Shown: one piece after another, positions 36,969 through 50,926 of the stretch
How the letters are laid out: each line of letters starts with the position of its first letter
Numbering within the stretch: position 1 is the stretch's first letter
Assembly (NCBI RefSeq): GCF_006345805.1
Contig: NC_042997.1
Span: 156,178,001 to 156,242,000 of the forward strand
Length of the DNA: 64,000 nt
Origin: Octopus sinensis
Lineage: Eukaryota
Reading direction: 5' to 3'
The notes under the pieces: model-generated
The model's input: only the letters and a program-made list of their open reading frames with translations
What the model was told of the DNA's origin: nothing
The model's database searches: none
Program-made: the position numbers and the translations under genes

Positions 36969-39900
36969 ACTTTTTCACTTCCCGACCATATACTAATACA
37001 GCTGTTTGTTGTCTACACACCTGTCTTCGTCTTTTGTTTTTTTTGTGAATTCTCCCCGCCCCCCTATATATATATATATATATATATGGTTGTTATATAT
37101 TTTTGATAGCATAATAGGTTAGGTAGGATGATATCTATATTACAATATTATAATAACCAATAATATGTTGTACATCTATAGTAATATGTTTTGTTTGTTG
37201 TTTGTTCCTTCTTGAGCCATGCCTGGCCAATAAGGGCTGGCTTCCCAGTTTCATTAGCATATAGGTTCCCCACCTGGACAGGACGCTGGTCTGTTGCAGG
37301 TGAGCTGCTAAATGCAGGAGGAGAGAGTGAGAGAAAGTGGTGGCGAAAGAGTCAGCAGAAGTTTGCCATTACCTTCTACCGGAGCTGCATGGAGCTTAGG
37401 TGTTTCACTCATAAATACACACATCACCTGGTCTGAGATTCGAATCTGCGATCCCTCGACTGCAAATCTGCTGCTCTAACCACTAGGCCATGTGCCTCCA
37501 TGTATAGTAATATTACAATCATGAAATTAGCATTAGCTTATCTTACTTTTTCTTGGGGAACCCCCTAAGAACCTTTTGTGTAACCCTAGGGTTCCGGGGA
37601 CCCCAGTTGAGAAACACTGCTATAAACCATCTCCTTTATAGTATCATACCTGCTCTTGTCTCTCTATCACACTTTAAGCTTCCCACACCTGTCATAAAAC
37701 CAACACCCCTTCCTTAAAATAGTGCCCCCACCACTAAGTCAAGGAGCCTTTTTCCTTTCCTTGTTATGCTCCTGTCTTGCAAGTTACTTGGTTGCCTCAC
37801 TAGTGCTGGTGGCATGAAACAAAGCACCCAGTACATGCTGTAAAGGGGTTTGCGTTAGAAAGGGCATAGAGGTGGAAAATGCATGACAGAGCAAATGCTG
37901 GAGCTTGATGCAGCCTTGCTGTTTGCTGGGTTCTGTCAAATCAACCCAACCACGGTGCCAGAATGGAAAATGGATGTTTAAACAACGAGGAGAAGGAATG
38001 ATTACATACATACACACACACACACACACACATTAGGAAGGGCATCCAGCCATAAAAACCCTGCCAAAACAGACACAGTAGCCTGGGGTGGTCTTCTACC
38101 CGTCCTACCCCTGCATGCATGAAAAACAGATGTTAAGCAATTATGATGATGATGATGACAACGATGGGAGACATACATGCACACACCCACACACACATAG
38201 ATGCACGCATACACATATATAGATGCACACACACACACATATATAGATGCATGCGAGCGCTCACACACGCACACACACACATGTATATATCTATAATATA
38301 AATTGGACATGGGCGATCGTTGTATTCTTTCTTGTCTTGAGGTTCACAGCCAAATGGCTGGATGGATTTGCGTGAAAAATGGCACACATGTGGAGACGGG
38401 TGCATAGATTGGAATGTGGTTTGTATTTTTTCCTAGCATCCATACTTACCGAGAAAATCGATTAAAACTTTTTCTAATGGAATTCCCCTCTTTCTTCTGC
38501 CATTAAAACAACCAGTTGCTTAGAAGCTGTTTTCTGATGGGGTGGGGTCAGGAAATTTTCATATAGCTGGAGGCTCCAATCGAAACAGGGGACCCAAAAT
38601 GATAAGGTTGAGAAACGCTGTTATAGATTATGCCTGACTAAAAACGATCACAACCACATCATCCAAACAGAACAGGTGAAACCAGGCTTAACTGCTAGTA
38701 AACATATAAAAAGCTAACTAGAAAAAAATTATACCAGGAAATAAAAAAGGATCCAAAACAATATTATTTTGATTCTCTGAGAACATGAACTCTATATTCT
38801 GTTGAGGTGATCTAATATGACCAAAACATGCGTAGAGTTGTCTCTCATAATTGCCATTAGAATCAAAGTGGCTTGCTTACCAACCACATGGTTCTGGGTT
38901 CAGTCCCACTGCATGGCACCTTGAGCAAGTGTCTTCTACTATGGCCTCGGGCCGACCAAAGCCTTGTGAGCGGATTTGGTAGATGGAAACTGAAAGAAGC
39001 CCATCGTATATATGTATATATATATCTGTGTGTGTGTGTGTGTATGTTTGTGTGTCTGTGTTTGTCCCCCTGATGCTGGTGTGCTTATGTCCCTGTAACT
39101 TAGAGGTTTGGCAAAAGTGACTGATAGAATAAGTACTAGGCTTACAAAGAATAAGTTCTGGGTTGATTTGCTCGACTAAAAGCGGTGCTCCAGCATGACT
39201 ACAGTCAAATGATTGAAACAAGTAAAAGAGTAAAAGAATGATTAAAGTTGTTTTCCCTCATCACAATTATTTTTATGTAGCTTTTTAATGGCATCTACTT
39301 TAAAATATTTACAATAATTTAACAGCATATTGCAGGCACAGGCATGACTGTGTGGCTAAGAAGTTTGCTCCTAAACTCGTGGTTTTGTGTTCAGTTTTAC
39401 TGCATAAACAACTACTGAAGTTCTTATGTATGTAAATGTCTATCAGGGCTCAGTTCTCAAACATATTCTGTTTATCATAGTTTTCTAAGCCATTACAGGG
39501 ATGTGTAAGATTGACTGAAAAGAAAATGAAGACAGAATGCTCTGCAAGATATATGTAATGTCAGTGTGCATGAATAATCAAATGTACTGATAAAATGAAT
39601 GAGTATAGGAGAAATCTAATGTTGGGTGCAAGAAAGAAGTCTTTACTGGTACAGATACGTGATTCATATGGAATGTCACAGTTAGGTTAAGAAATACCAA
39701 GCAATCTAAATGGAACAGTCAAAAGGAGTCTTCTACAAATTTCCTGTTTTAGAGTGGCCTAAATTAAAATTTCCCTTTAAGACTTCATTTCCCTTTAAGA
39801 CTACATTACAAACACCAGCTTAATAAATCTTTTCTACTATAGGCACAACAAGGCATAAAATTTTTGGAGAAGGGCATAGCTGATTACATCAACCCCAGTG

Positions 39901-40097
39901 TTCAACTGGTATTTAATTTATCGATCCCAAAAGAATGAAAGGCAAAGTCAACCCTAGTGGAATTTGAACTCAGAATGTAAAGATGGATAGCATGCTAATA
40001 TTTCTGCCAGCTTGCCACCTTAAGTTTCAGATTAATAACAGCAAACTTATTTCACTAAATTCTTCATTATTTTCAAATTTTATTGAAACAAAGGCCA

Positions 40098-40186
<89 letters not shown>

Positions 40187-40461
40187 GTCTGTCTGTCTAT
40201 CTATCTATCTGTCTGTCTGTCTATCTATCTATCTGTCTGTCTATTTATCTATCTATCCCTGTCTATGTGTGTATGTATGTAAGTATGTATGCATGTATGT
40301 ATGCATGTATGTATGTATGTATGTATGTATGTATGTATCTATCTATTTTTCTATCCATCTTTGTATCTCTCTATGTCTTTATTTATCTATCCATCCATCC
40401 ATCCAATCATTTATCCATCTATCTATCCATCTCCTTCTTTCTCTCTCCCTCTCTCTCTTTC

Positions 40462-40546
<85 letters not shown>

Positions 40547-40573
40547 AAACATATATATATATATATATATATA
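40098..40573 (+). repeat. Compound (ATCT)/(ATGT)/(AT) microsatellite block
   Basis: Direct reading. Confidence 0.95.
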
Positions 40574-40958
40574 CATTGGGTTGTCTGGAAAGTTTGTGCC
40601 AATTTTTAAAGGAAAGAAAAAGATCAATTAATATTTGCCATTACATTTTTAATCAACCAAATATGAACCATTTTGTTGTGCAATGCGTCCCCATCTTTCC
40701 TTGAACTTGAAAATACCCCCTTCCCAGAACTGAGGTGGTTTCATGGCAAAGAATTCATCAAGGTATCTTTTTATGTCATCATTTTTTACCTTTAAGACTA
40801 TTCTGCAGAGACCTGAATAAGTGGAAATCTGAAGGAGCAATATCTGGTGAATATGGAGGGTGGGGTAACACATCCCAGCCGAGCTGCAGCAATTTTTGTC
40901 TGGTTCCCAAAGAAACATGCGGTCGTGCATTATCATGTTGGAAAACAACACCCTTCCT
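40574..40958 (-). mobile_element. Mariner (DD34D) 3' fragment with terminal repeat
   Basis: VVFQHDNARPH..LGWDVLPHPPYSPDIAPSDFHLFRSLQNSL..FWEGGIFKFKERWGRIAQQNGSY; terminus attgggttgtctggaaagtttgtgcc. Confidence 0.9.
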
Positions 40959-41557
40959 GTATGTATGTATGTATGCATGTATGCCTGTATGTATGTATGT
41001 ATGTATGTATGTATGTATGTATCTATGTATGTATGTATGTATGTATGTATAAAACAAGTTAAAAATAATGGTTACTACATATCTTCCCTCTATTGTAACA
41101 AATTTGGCTTACAGCTGTTTCGAATAATCATTATAGGTATATTACTGATAGGTTTACTCAATTAATCTATTGATCAATTGAGGAAAATTGAACAACCAAA
41201 AAAGATTAATGCTACTTTTGCCAGAGCCATTTCTGGTTATAACAGAGCAGAACACAGAAGGAATGGTGAGTGCATGAGGGAGAGAGGAAAAGATGGAAAG
41301 ATACAAGTAGAATAGAGAAAAGAGAAAGACGGGTTACAAAAGGGTGAAGAGAAGAAACAAAAGGATAGAAGAAAGGATCACTTAATAGAAGCAAAAGTAT
41401 TGGATAGTCAAAATTTGGGAAAGGGGCAGTCATAAAACATTAGAGTTTGTATTCAGGTCAACACATTACCATATTAGCATTACTTATAGGTTAGATATTC
41501 TCCAACTGTTATGTTGAAATTTGATATTGACCATTTATATATATGGTCAATCTAAAA

Positions 41558-41713
41558 TAGTGGTCCACAACTGGTATGCTAGGTGTGCAGCAGGGTAACC
41601 TGAATATAATTCTTTTCCCTATACTTTTAGCTATATTTTTAGTTCAGATGTGCCACTAAATTTTGGAAAGAATATAAGTGTACTGCAAGAGTAAAAAAGG
41701 TTGTGGAGCACTA
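41558..41713. mobile_element. Short hAT-like MITE
   Basis: TIRs tagtggtccacaac / gttgtggagcacta; imperfect 8-bp flanks atctaaaa / ctctaaga. Confidence 0.5.
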
Positions 41714-42141
41714 CTCTAAGACTTTAATATCATATTTGGTAATTGTTGCTATGGAGCATAGTTGGGGAATTATATTAGAAGATGAAGGAATATCAGCAGT
41801 AATCATATTGTGGTGTAAAGATCAAGAAAGCATTAATTAGCTGGGATATAAAATATGAATAGTTTGAGAGGTGCTAGATTGAAAAGGGATGAGGTCAACT
41901 TAAATGTAAATTCAAATTAACCTCATTAAGTGATTTTTAAAGTTTAAACCAATAAATGGGCTATGGATTAAAATTTGAACTGAATTTTAAAATTTCTAAA
42001 TTTAGCATTAAAACAAAGAATTAAAAGAATTAAAATAAATTTACATAATAATAGGTGATAATAAAACAATAATGATGATGGTGACATCAACATCAACAAC
42101 ACCAATAACAATAAATTTAATAAAATAATAAAATATTGCAA

Positions 42142-42187
<46 letters not shown>

Positions 42188-44090
42188 TAATAATAATAAT
42201 AATAATAATAATGATAATAATAATAATAATAATAATAATAATAGTAATAATAGGATAATAATAGAACAACACTAAAAGGGTAAAAAACACCAATAATAAT
42301 GAAATAAAAATAAAAATAAAAATAAGAAAATAAAAAGATTTGAAAAATTAAAATATTAAAAAATAAAATGATATAAATAAAAAAAAATTCTAGAGCAGGG
42401 AAAATATATATAATATAAAAAAGCCTAATAAAATAAAGTAAAATTTTACACATTTTAATATTTTAAAATTTAATTAAATAAAACTAAACAAAATAAGTAG
42501 AAAACTCATATACATATATAGAAAAAATATTAGGCAATTCACATTTATCTCTTCGGCATCATACCCATCCTGACCTTTCCTCTCGTTATAGTGAGGGAAC
42601 CTACTGAATGATTTATAATAAAAATGCTTGCATCATATCACTAATTCCTGCCTATATATATATCAACAGAAATATTGTAGCAAAAGGGTTAAGTACTTAC
42701 ATTGTTATTAAATACTTTCTCTCTTTAAGTATAAACATAAATAGTTATTGTCACATGTATTTGACCATTATGTTGGAAACTGATATAGGAATTTTGTCAA
42801 TCTTTTAGTTTTATGCCAATAAAATGGATGACTGATACATCAGAAGAACTGTTTGATAAGTTCACTTGAAAAAATTTGATTACACATGGCACAATGACAC
42901 ATATGAGTATAATGGTGGCAGAACATTTTAAAACAATCTTGTTGCTATATGTGAACAATATGTTCATTCATTGATTATTTATCTTCATTGATTTACTATT
43001 CTATGAAACTACTTTGTTTTAATATCCATTGATTTGCTGTTCATGATATATATTATATTAAAATTAAATGTAGGGCAGACATAGACAACTGACACTTCAG
43101 TACATAGCTTTCTATTTTTTAAAAATCTTTTTTACTTGTTTCAGTCATTAGACTGTGGTCATGCTGGGGCATCACCTTGAGGTGTGTAGTTGAACAAATT
43201 GATCACAATACTATTTTTTTTAAAGTATGGTACTTATTCTATTAATCTCTTCTTTTTTCTTCTCCCAAACCACTAAGTTACTGGGATGTAAATAAACCAA
43301 TTCCAGTTGTCAAATGGCGATGTGAGGACAAACAAGGACATGCACACACATATACATATGTATATATATATATATATATATATGCGTGTGTGTGTGTGTA
43401 TGTATGTAAGTACATGTGTGCATGAGTGGCTGTGTGGTAAGTGGCTTGCTTACAAACCATATGGTTATGGGTTCAGTCCCACTGCATGGCACTTTGGGCA
43501 AGTATCTTCCACTATAACCTTGGGCTGACCAAAGTCTTGTGAGTGGATTTGGTAGACGGAAACTAAAAGAAGCTTGTCATATATATATATATATATATAA
43601 ATTATTAGAGAGTTATCCACTATGTGGATAACTCTAGTGCTAAAAATAGCTCCGAAGCAACCACAGAAGATCTGTTTCCAACTAGAATCAACATACATTT
43701 AGCGGAAGGAAAGTGAAATACAACGAATAAAATAGATTGACTCTATACAATTGTTTCATTACTAATGTAATATGTAGTTTTACTTACACTTACATCTATA
43801 AATCTTCGGTAGAGTTAAAAATATATATATATATATATATATATGTAGGTATGTGTGTGTATATGTTTGTGCGTCTGTGTTTGTCCCCACAACATTGCTT
43901 GACAACCGATGCTGGTGTGTTTACGTCCCTGTAACTTAGCGGTTCAGCAAAAGAGACCGATAGAATAATTACTAGGATTACAAAGAACAAGTCCTGGGGT
44001 CGATTTGCTTGACTAAAAGTGGTGCTCCAGCACGGCCACAGTCAAATGACTGAAATAAGTAAAAGAGTAAAAGAGTAAAAGAGTAAAAGA

Positions 44091-44132
<42 letters not shown>

Positions 44133-45235
44133 TTACACACACACAAACACAATGTCTTTTTTTAAACTCAGTTATAATAAAAACTATTTTACATTAATCT
44201 GATGGGTTATTCTATACTTTTGCAGAGTGCAAAATTATTATTCTTAAACAAGAATATTATTGACAGTAACTTTGAAGTTTTGGCCAGCTAAATCATCATT
44301 GAATTTCTGACAATGACTTAGTAGGTCAAAGATGGTTTTGCTGGCTGAAACTTCAAAGTTACTATCGATAATATTCTTGTTTAAAAATAATAAATATATA
44401 TGTGTGATTGTGTGTGTGTATGTATGTGTGTGTGTGTCTGTAACAGGCTTCTGTTTAGTTTTTATCAACCAGATCCACTCACAAGGTTTCTGTTGGCCTG
44501 GGGCTATAGTGGAAAGCATTTGCCTAACATGCTGTACTATGGGCCTGAACCTAAAACCACTTGGTTTGCAAAGTAAGCTTCTTAATCACACAGTCATGTC
44601 TGCACCTATATTTATTCTTTTATTTGTTTCAGTCATTTCACTGCAGCCATGCTGGAGCACCACCTTTAGCTGAACCACTCAACCCCAGGACTTATTCTTT
44701 GTAAGCCTAGTACTTATTCTATCTGTCTCTTTTGCCAAACCACTAAGTTATGAGGACACAAACACACTAACATCAGTTGTTAAGTGAAGAGGGGGGGGAC
44801 AAACATATACATACATACATATATATGTGTGTGTGTGTGGTGTGTGTGTGTATGTATATACGACAGGCTTCTTTCAGTTTCCATCTACCAAATCCATTCA
44901 CAAAGCTTTGGTCGGCCCAAGGTTATAGTAGAAGACACTTGCCCAAGGTGCCAAGCAGTGGGACTGAACCTGGAACCATGTGGTTGGTAAGCAAGCTATT
45001 TACCACACACCCACTCCTGCACTTATATATTTAGATTTGAAAAACAACTAAAGGTATCAATAAAGAAATTATTCAAAGAATGAAAGAATTCAATAATAAA
45101 AGCCTTTCATAATTAATTTGGTAAGCTAATATCCAATATCACCTATATTACTGAAAATTTACCGATACGGTATCACTGCACTGAATGCTACTAATTTGTG
45201 AAACATAACACATACAAATAAATAGATAAACAAAT

Positions 45236-45466
45236 AGGTGCAGGAGTGGCTGTGTGGTAAGTAGCTTGCTTACCAACCACATAGTTTCGGGTTCAGTCCT
45301 ACCGCGTGGCACCTTGGGCAAGTGTCTTCTACTATAGCTTCAGCCTGACCAAAGCCTTGTGAGTGGATTTGGTAGACGGAAACTGAAAGAAGCCCGTCGT
45401 ATATCCTTAAATCCTTAAAAATGTTTTAGCCCGAAGGCCGCGGCCATGCTGGGGCACCACTGCACC

Positions 45467-45505
<39 letters not shown>

Positions 45506-45735
45506 ATATATGTATGTATGTGTGTATGTTTGTGTGTCTGTGTTTGTCCCTCCAACGTCGCTTGACAACCGATGCTGGTGTGTTTACGTCCCCGTAACTT
45601 AGCGGTTCGGCAAAAAGAGACCGATAGAATAAGTAACTAGGCTTACAAAGAATAAGTTCTGGGGTTGATTTGCTCGACTAAAGGCGGTGCTCCAGCATGG
45701 CCGCAGTCAAATGACTGAAACAAGCAAGTAAAAGA
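45236..45735 (+). mobile_element. Near-consensus SINE family A (most abundant repeat in the window), with internal (AT)/(GT) tract
   Basis: tRNA-like head ggtgcaggagtggctgtgtggtaag..gggttcagtcc; core ccttgggcaagtgtcttctactatag; tail ggtgctccagcatggccgcagtcaaatgactgaaacaag; many copies on both strands. Confidence 0.9.
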
Positions 45736-46696
45736 GAGTAAATGAATAAATAAATGTATGATGGAAAGGGAAACCCATTCCTGTGATAATAGCTGGCAGA
45801 CTGAAAATAATCACACACACACACACAGATGTTTGTATATATTTGTGTGTGTACGTTAGCGTCTATGAGTGTTTGCATTTCCTTGTTTTAGTATAGTGTG
45901 TTGATTTTAAACAAAAGTCACTGTTCATATAAAAGTGGTGTCATTTGTTTGCAGTCTTCCATGCAAACATATATCCATACAAGAGGAAATATTTACCTTA
46001 CTTGGAAAACAAAGTGGGGGGGTTGGCAACAGAGCATCCAACCATACAAAAACCTGTCTCAATTGTATTGTGTCTGATCCACACAAGCAGAGAAAAATAT
46101 ATGTTACAATGATGGTGATATATGTGTTTGTGTTTATGTGTGTGTGTGGTTTATTTAGGTTGCTCCAGTAGCTTGTTGTTCTGAAATTTCTGTGGCACAT
46201 TTCTTTAGTCAAGTTCAACACTGGACTTATCTGAAGAAATGGCAGAGTGGCATGGAAACTCTTGAATATCAGGCCACTGGACTGGTCTAAATAAATTATT
46301 GCACTTGACATTTATATTGAGTGTTTCTCCAGATTGCTACTTAGCAGAAGTGTGTGTGTGTGTGTATGTGTGTGTGCTTCTACATTTATGTATGTATCAT
46401 CATCATCATCATCATCATCATTGAATGTACTTCTTTCATGCTGGCATGGGTTGGACAGTTTAAGAGGAGGTGGCAAGCCAGAGGGCTGCTCCAGGGTCTA
46501 TTTGTCTATTATGGTATGGTTTCTATAGATGGATACTCTTCCTAAAGCCAACCACTTTACAGAGCGTAATGATCCTTTCTACATGTTGCCAGCATGGGTG
46601 CTTCTTACATGGTATCTGCACAGGTGCTTTTTACGCAGTGTTTGTGCAAATGCTTTTTACATGGGGTTGCACACACACACATATATGTGTGTGTAT

Positions 46697-46728
<32 letters not shown>

Positions 46729-47106
46729 AGTATATATATGTATATGTATGTATATATATATGTATATATATATAATAATAATAATATTAGGGAGTAAATC
46801 CAAACTTACAGGGAAAAATTAGTAGTGATTTTATCTCTAATTTAATATAATGTATATATATATATATATAGCCTACTACCATGTTCTTAATGATGCAATT
46901 AACCTCTGTCTATATATCTACCCTCTTTGTAATGTTGACAAATGGAATAAGTATAAAAATGTACATTGTCTATTTAATTAAAAAATTCTATTTGTGACTG
47001 AAGATTGCTCTACATTTTAAAACTGATGTAATACATTGTTTAATAAAATGAAGTAGCATGAAACGATTGTACTACACTACATTGGATATCCTTGTTGCTT
47101 ATTTAG

Positions 47107-47144
<38 letters not shown>

Positions 47145-47904
47145 TGCAAGTGTGGCTGTGTGGTAAGATGCTTGCTTCCCAATCATATGGTTCCTTGTTC
47201 AGTCCTACTGCATGGCACCTTGGGCAAGTGTCTTCCACTATAGCCTTAGACTGACCAAAGCCGTATGAGTGGATCTGCTGCATGGAAACTGAAAGAAGCC
47301 CACCATATGTGTGTGTGTGTGAGTGTGTGTGTGTATATATATATATCTATGCAAGTGTGTCTTTGTGTCAGTACTTGTCTCCCCACCACTGCTTGACAAC
47401 TGGTATTGGAGTGTTCACATCCCCATAGCATAGTGGTTTGGCAAAAGAGACTAATAGAATAAGTACTAGGCTTAAAACAATAAGTCCTGGGGTAAATTTG
47501 TTCAGCTAAGACGGTTCAAGGTGATGCTCCAGCATGGCCACAGTCAAATGACTGAAACAAGTAAAAGAATAAAAGAACATATATTATTTATGCTGATATA
47601 GGGATATCTTGCCCAATGTGCCTTTCTCTGCTGCCTCCTACCATCTTTGATACCCTCTCATCACTTATCCTCCTTTCCATCACCCAGCCTTCTTTCCTCC
47701 ACTCATATACACACGATTCACCCTCTCTCCCTTCTTCTTTTCTATTGCTATTTTTATTTTTCTGTCAGTGTCCCTTAATGAAGGCCGTACCCAATACACC
47801 ACATCATCACACTTTCTGTATTATTAACCATCACTTCCTCTCCCCAGCAACTCTTTGCTATTGGCATCTATCATTCATTCATAAAATTATGTACCTTCAT
47901 TATT

Positions 47905-48250
47905 ATGCCAGTACCCACTGACTGGCCCCCATGCCAGTGGCATGTAAAAAGCACCATCTGAACATGGCTGATGCCAGTACCCATTGAGTGACCTCCATGC
48001 CAGTGGCATGTAAAAAGTACTATCTGAATATGATCGATGCCAGGCCCACCCGACTGGCTCCTGTGCCGGTGGCGCGTAAAAAACACCCACTACACTCTTA
48101 GAGCGGTTGGCGTTAGGAAGTGCATCCAGCTGTAGAAACATTGCCAGATCAGATTGGAGCCTGGTGCAGCTGCTGGCTCTCCAGACCTCAGTCAAACCAT
48201 CCAACCCATGCCAGCATGGAAAACGGATGTTAAACGATGATGATGACGAT
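47905..48250 (+). mobile_element. SINE/RTE-tail family C copy ending in (GAT)n
   Basis: ggttggcgttaggaag..catccagctgtagaaac..aacccatgccagcatggaaaacggatgttaaacgatgatgatg; many copies in the window. Confidence 0.8.
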
Positions 48251-48329
48251 TTTCTCTCTAGTTTCACTGTTCCTACCATTATGCTCTTCCACAAAATTTC
48301 TGGCCTCATGCCTTTAGTAGAAAGGATTA

Positions 48330-48375
<46 letters not shown>

Positions 48376-48376
<1 letters not shown>

Positions 48377-48724
48377 GAGTGACAGAGCAGTACATGATCT
48401 TGCAGGTGGGGCCCAGTTAGAATTTTCTTCTGATTGAGTAGCCCATTCCACTCAAAAGGTTCCTGAATAAGGGTTGTTTACAGAACAATTCCTCTCAACA
48501 CATGGCTATGATGCTCCCCCTCTACTTCTACTTGAGATCAGAGATGCACATATCATCAGCCACTAAGGGACATGCTCAACTGGTTAAGGTCAAACAAATG
48601 ACAAGCAAATCTGTGATATTGAGCAGAATGTTTGCTGTAGCCCAACATTTTATACCAAGACAAAACAATGTACATGATAACAATTCCAATCAGTTAAGAT
48701 CAGAAGCAATGAGAGCCACTGCCT
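48376..48724. mobile_element. Unclassified ~350-bp insertion embedded in a (TTA)n tract
   Basis: Non-simple sequence bounded on both sides by long (TTA)n runs; no ORF recognised. Confidence 0.4.
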
Positions 48725-48759
48725 AGTACTTATTATTATTATTATTATTATCATTATTA

Positions 48760-48824
<65 letters not shown>

Positions 48825-49292
48825 CAGCCGTTACCATCTTAAAAAAGGGAGGACACATTGGACAATGTACTTAAAAAAAATAATGGTGTAGAAAAAAGAT
48901 GAGAAAAGATAAACTGTCATTTGGAAGATAAGCTGAAAATGGCAACTTGAGGTTGCTCCAGATTATTCAGCTGCTAAAAATGAGTGGTACCTGTATTTCA
49001 AAGGGCCAACCTTATCACACTTTTTGTCATGCTGAATCTCCCTGAATCTCCTACATTAAGGGTACATGTGTCTCTAGAATGCTAAGTCACTTGCACGTTA
49101 ACGTCACAAGCAAGTTGTATCCTTGATTGGATCAACTGGAACCCTTATCATTGTGACCAATAGAGTGCCAATTAATAGCATAATTTAATTATTTTTATAA
49201 ATCATTCCAAAGTTTTTGCAGCGTGGAAGGTGTTTATAAACCATTTAAGAAACACACAAAACCATTAGATTCACTTCAACATTTACAGTTAA

Positions 49293-49343
49293 TTTGCCAA
49301 AATATTTTTGTCGCTTTGAGAGGGTGACCTGTTCACTGACAAA
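49293..49343 (-). ncRNA. G3-C8 HHR-like motif (copy 3), G12A so probably inactive
   Basis: uuuguca-GUGAACA-g-GUCAC ccucucaaa GCGAC-AAAA-AUAU-U-U-uggcaaa. Confidence 0.45.
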
Positions 49344-49367
49344 ATTCCGTGAGATGCAGCACGGAAT

Positions 49368-49418
49368 TTTGTCAGTGAACAGGTCATGGGTTCAAAGTGA
49401 CGAAAATATTTTGGCAAA
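49368..49418 (+). ncRNA. G3-C8 HHR-like motif (copy 2)
   Basis: uuuguca-GUGAACA-g-GUCAU ggguucaaa GUGAC-GAAA-AUAU-U-U/-uggcaaa; all stems pair. Confidence 0.6.
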
Positions 49419-50846
49419 TTAAATTTAAATGCTGAAGTGAATCTAAGGGTTTTTGAGCGTTTTTTAAATGGCTTATAAACACCTTCCATGCTGCAATTAT
49501 TTTCTTTCCAGCACACAATCTCAGATCAGATCACTTGCTATGCAAGTACATCTCAGTAATTCCAAATTTTTTATTCTTTTCAAAATTTTTTGAAATGCAT
49601 ATGTAGTGTGTTTCATTGGGTATTTCATTATGAAAGGGTCAAAAATGTACTAGAGTATATTAATAAAGAAATCTATAACTAATATAAAGAGAACACAGAG
49701 TTTAACTGATAGCAGTTAAGTTTGTATATTTGCAAATCATATTGTAATATGGGAATATATTTAGAAACAATAACAGCAATAATGAAAATGAAGACAAAAT
49801 TTGTTGTATCTTTTGATTCGTATTCCACAACAAAAGTCAGAAAACTATTCTTTTTGATACCTGTGGTGTCAAATCTTATGTGTGCTACTTAAAACTGTTA
49901 TAATTTAACTTTAGGAAATATCTCATTTAATCATTACAGTTCAAATGAAGATAAAATAATTATTATACAGCAAGCAGAAATAACTATTTTATCTGGTCAA
50001 ATTAAATATTGCCTTCATTATTCACTTAGTCTAATATGTTTTCATGAGCACTTCACATGATTTTCCTCTTGTGTAAATTTTTCATACATACAGTTTTATT
50101 ATAGATTTTAGAATAAAGTTTCCGGATAGCTTTATTTTAATTGAACTATTTTGTGCTAAATGAGGATGAGAAGTAAAGCAAATACAATTGCACTGCAACC
50201 ATGGCTGTATGGTTAAGAAGTTTGCTTCAAAACTATGTAGTTTTGGGTTCAATCCATTACCTGGCATTTTGAGCACTTGTATTCTAATAAGGCTTTAGAC
50301 ACCCTAATAACTTAAATTCCTTAAATTTTTATTCCTTAAATTTTTACTCCTTGAATTTTTAATATTCAGTTATTATTTTTATTCATTATTTGTATTTCTA
50401 TTCATTTGTACATGTTAAGTAAGATTACATTGAAGATATAGAGTATCATGGAAGTATATAAGAGTTAGGGGTAGTGAAAAAGTTAAGGAATCCAGACCTG
50501 AAGATTGGGAGTATGTCGACCCGAGTAAGTATTGAAACTAGATATCTCATATCTAATCAATACCGACGTATTTTCATAAAACATGTGTAGTCTTATAAAT
50601 GGAAAATACAGAATTCAGAATAGATATAGTTAGTATAAGATTTAATTTTTAACATTTTATGGTGTGTTCGAGTATAAAATCATTCAGTGTTAATTGAGTT
50701 AAAGGTGGTTCTGTCTCTAAAATTACTCTTATATATACAAATTAAACATTGAGAGATGTTCATTTTAGTACATCTAATTTTAATGTCTTTTTCCTGTGTA
50801 CTCGGAAGTAATATTCCCTAATAATTATAATATACACACATACACG

Positions 50847-50908
<62 letters not shown>

Positions 50909-50926
50909 CATATATATATTTATATA

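Larger units (their letters stand above)
36198..37619. mobile_element. Non-autonomous hAT element carrying nested insertions
   Basis: TIRs cagtatttctcaac / gttgagaaacactg; 8-bp TSD ctatagac / ctataaac. Confidence 0.85.
49216..49496. mobile_element. Head-to-head inverted pair of the G3-C8 hammerhead repeat family (arms 49216-49350 / 49361-49496, 10-nt loop)
   Basis: Both arms are homologous to 36742-36888; the loop-proximal 23 bp are perfectly complementary. Confidence 0.85.

Noticed and set aside
41968-42453. 161-aa hydrophobic ORF
   Set aside because: Reverse reading of (AAT)n and A-rich low-complexity DNA
47003-47070. CTGAAGA...long stem...GAAACG possible hammerhead vestige
   Set aside because: No U16.1/NUH triplet and stem I does not pair
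50495-50540. CTGAAGA followed by ttggg/cccga stem
   Set aside because: GAAA is not adjacent to stem II and there is no stem I; vestige at best
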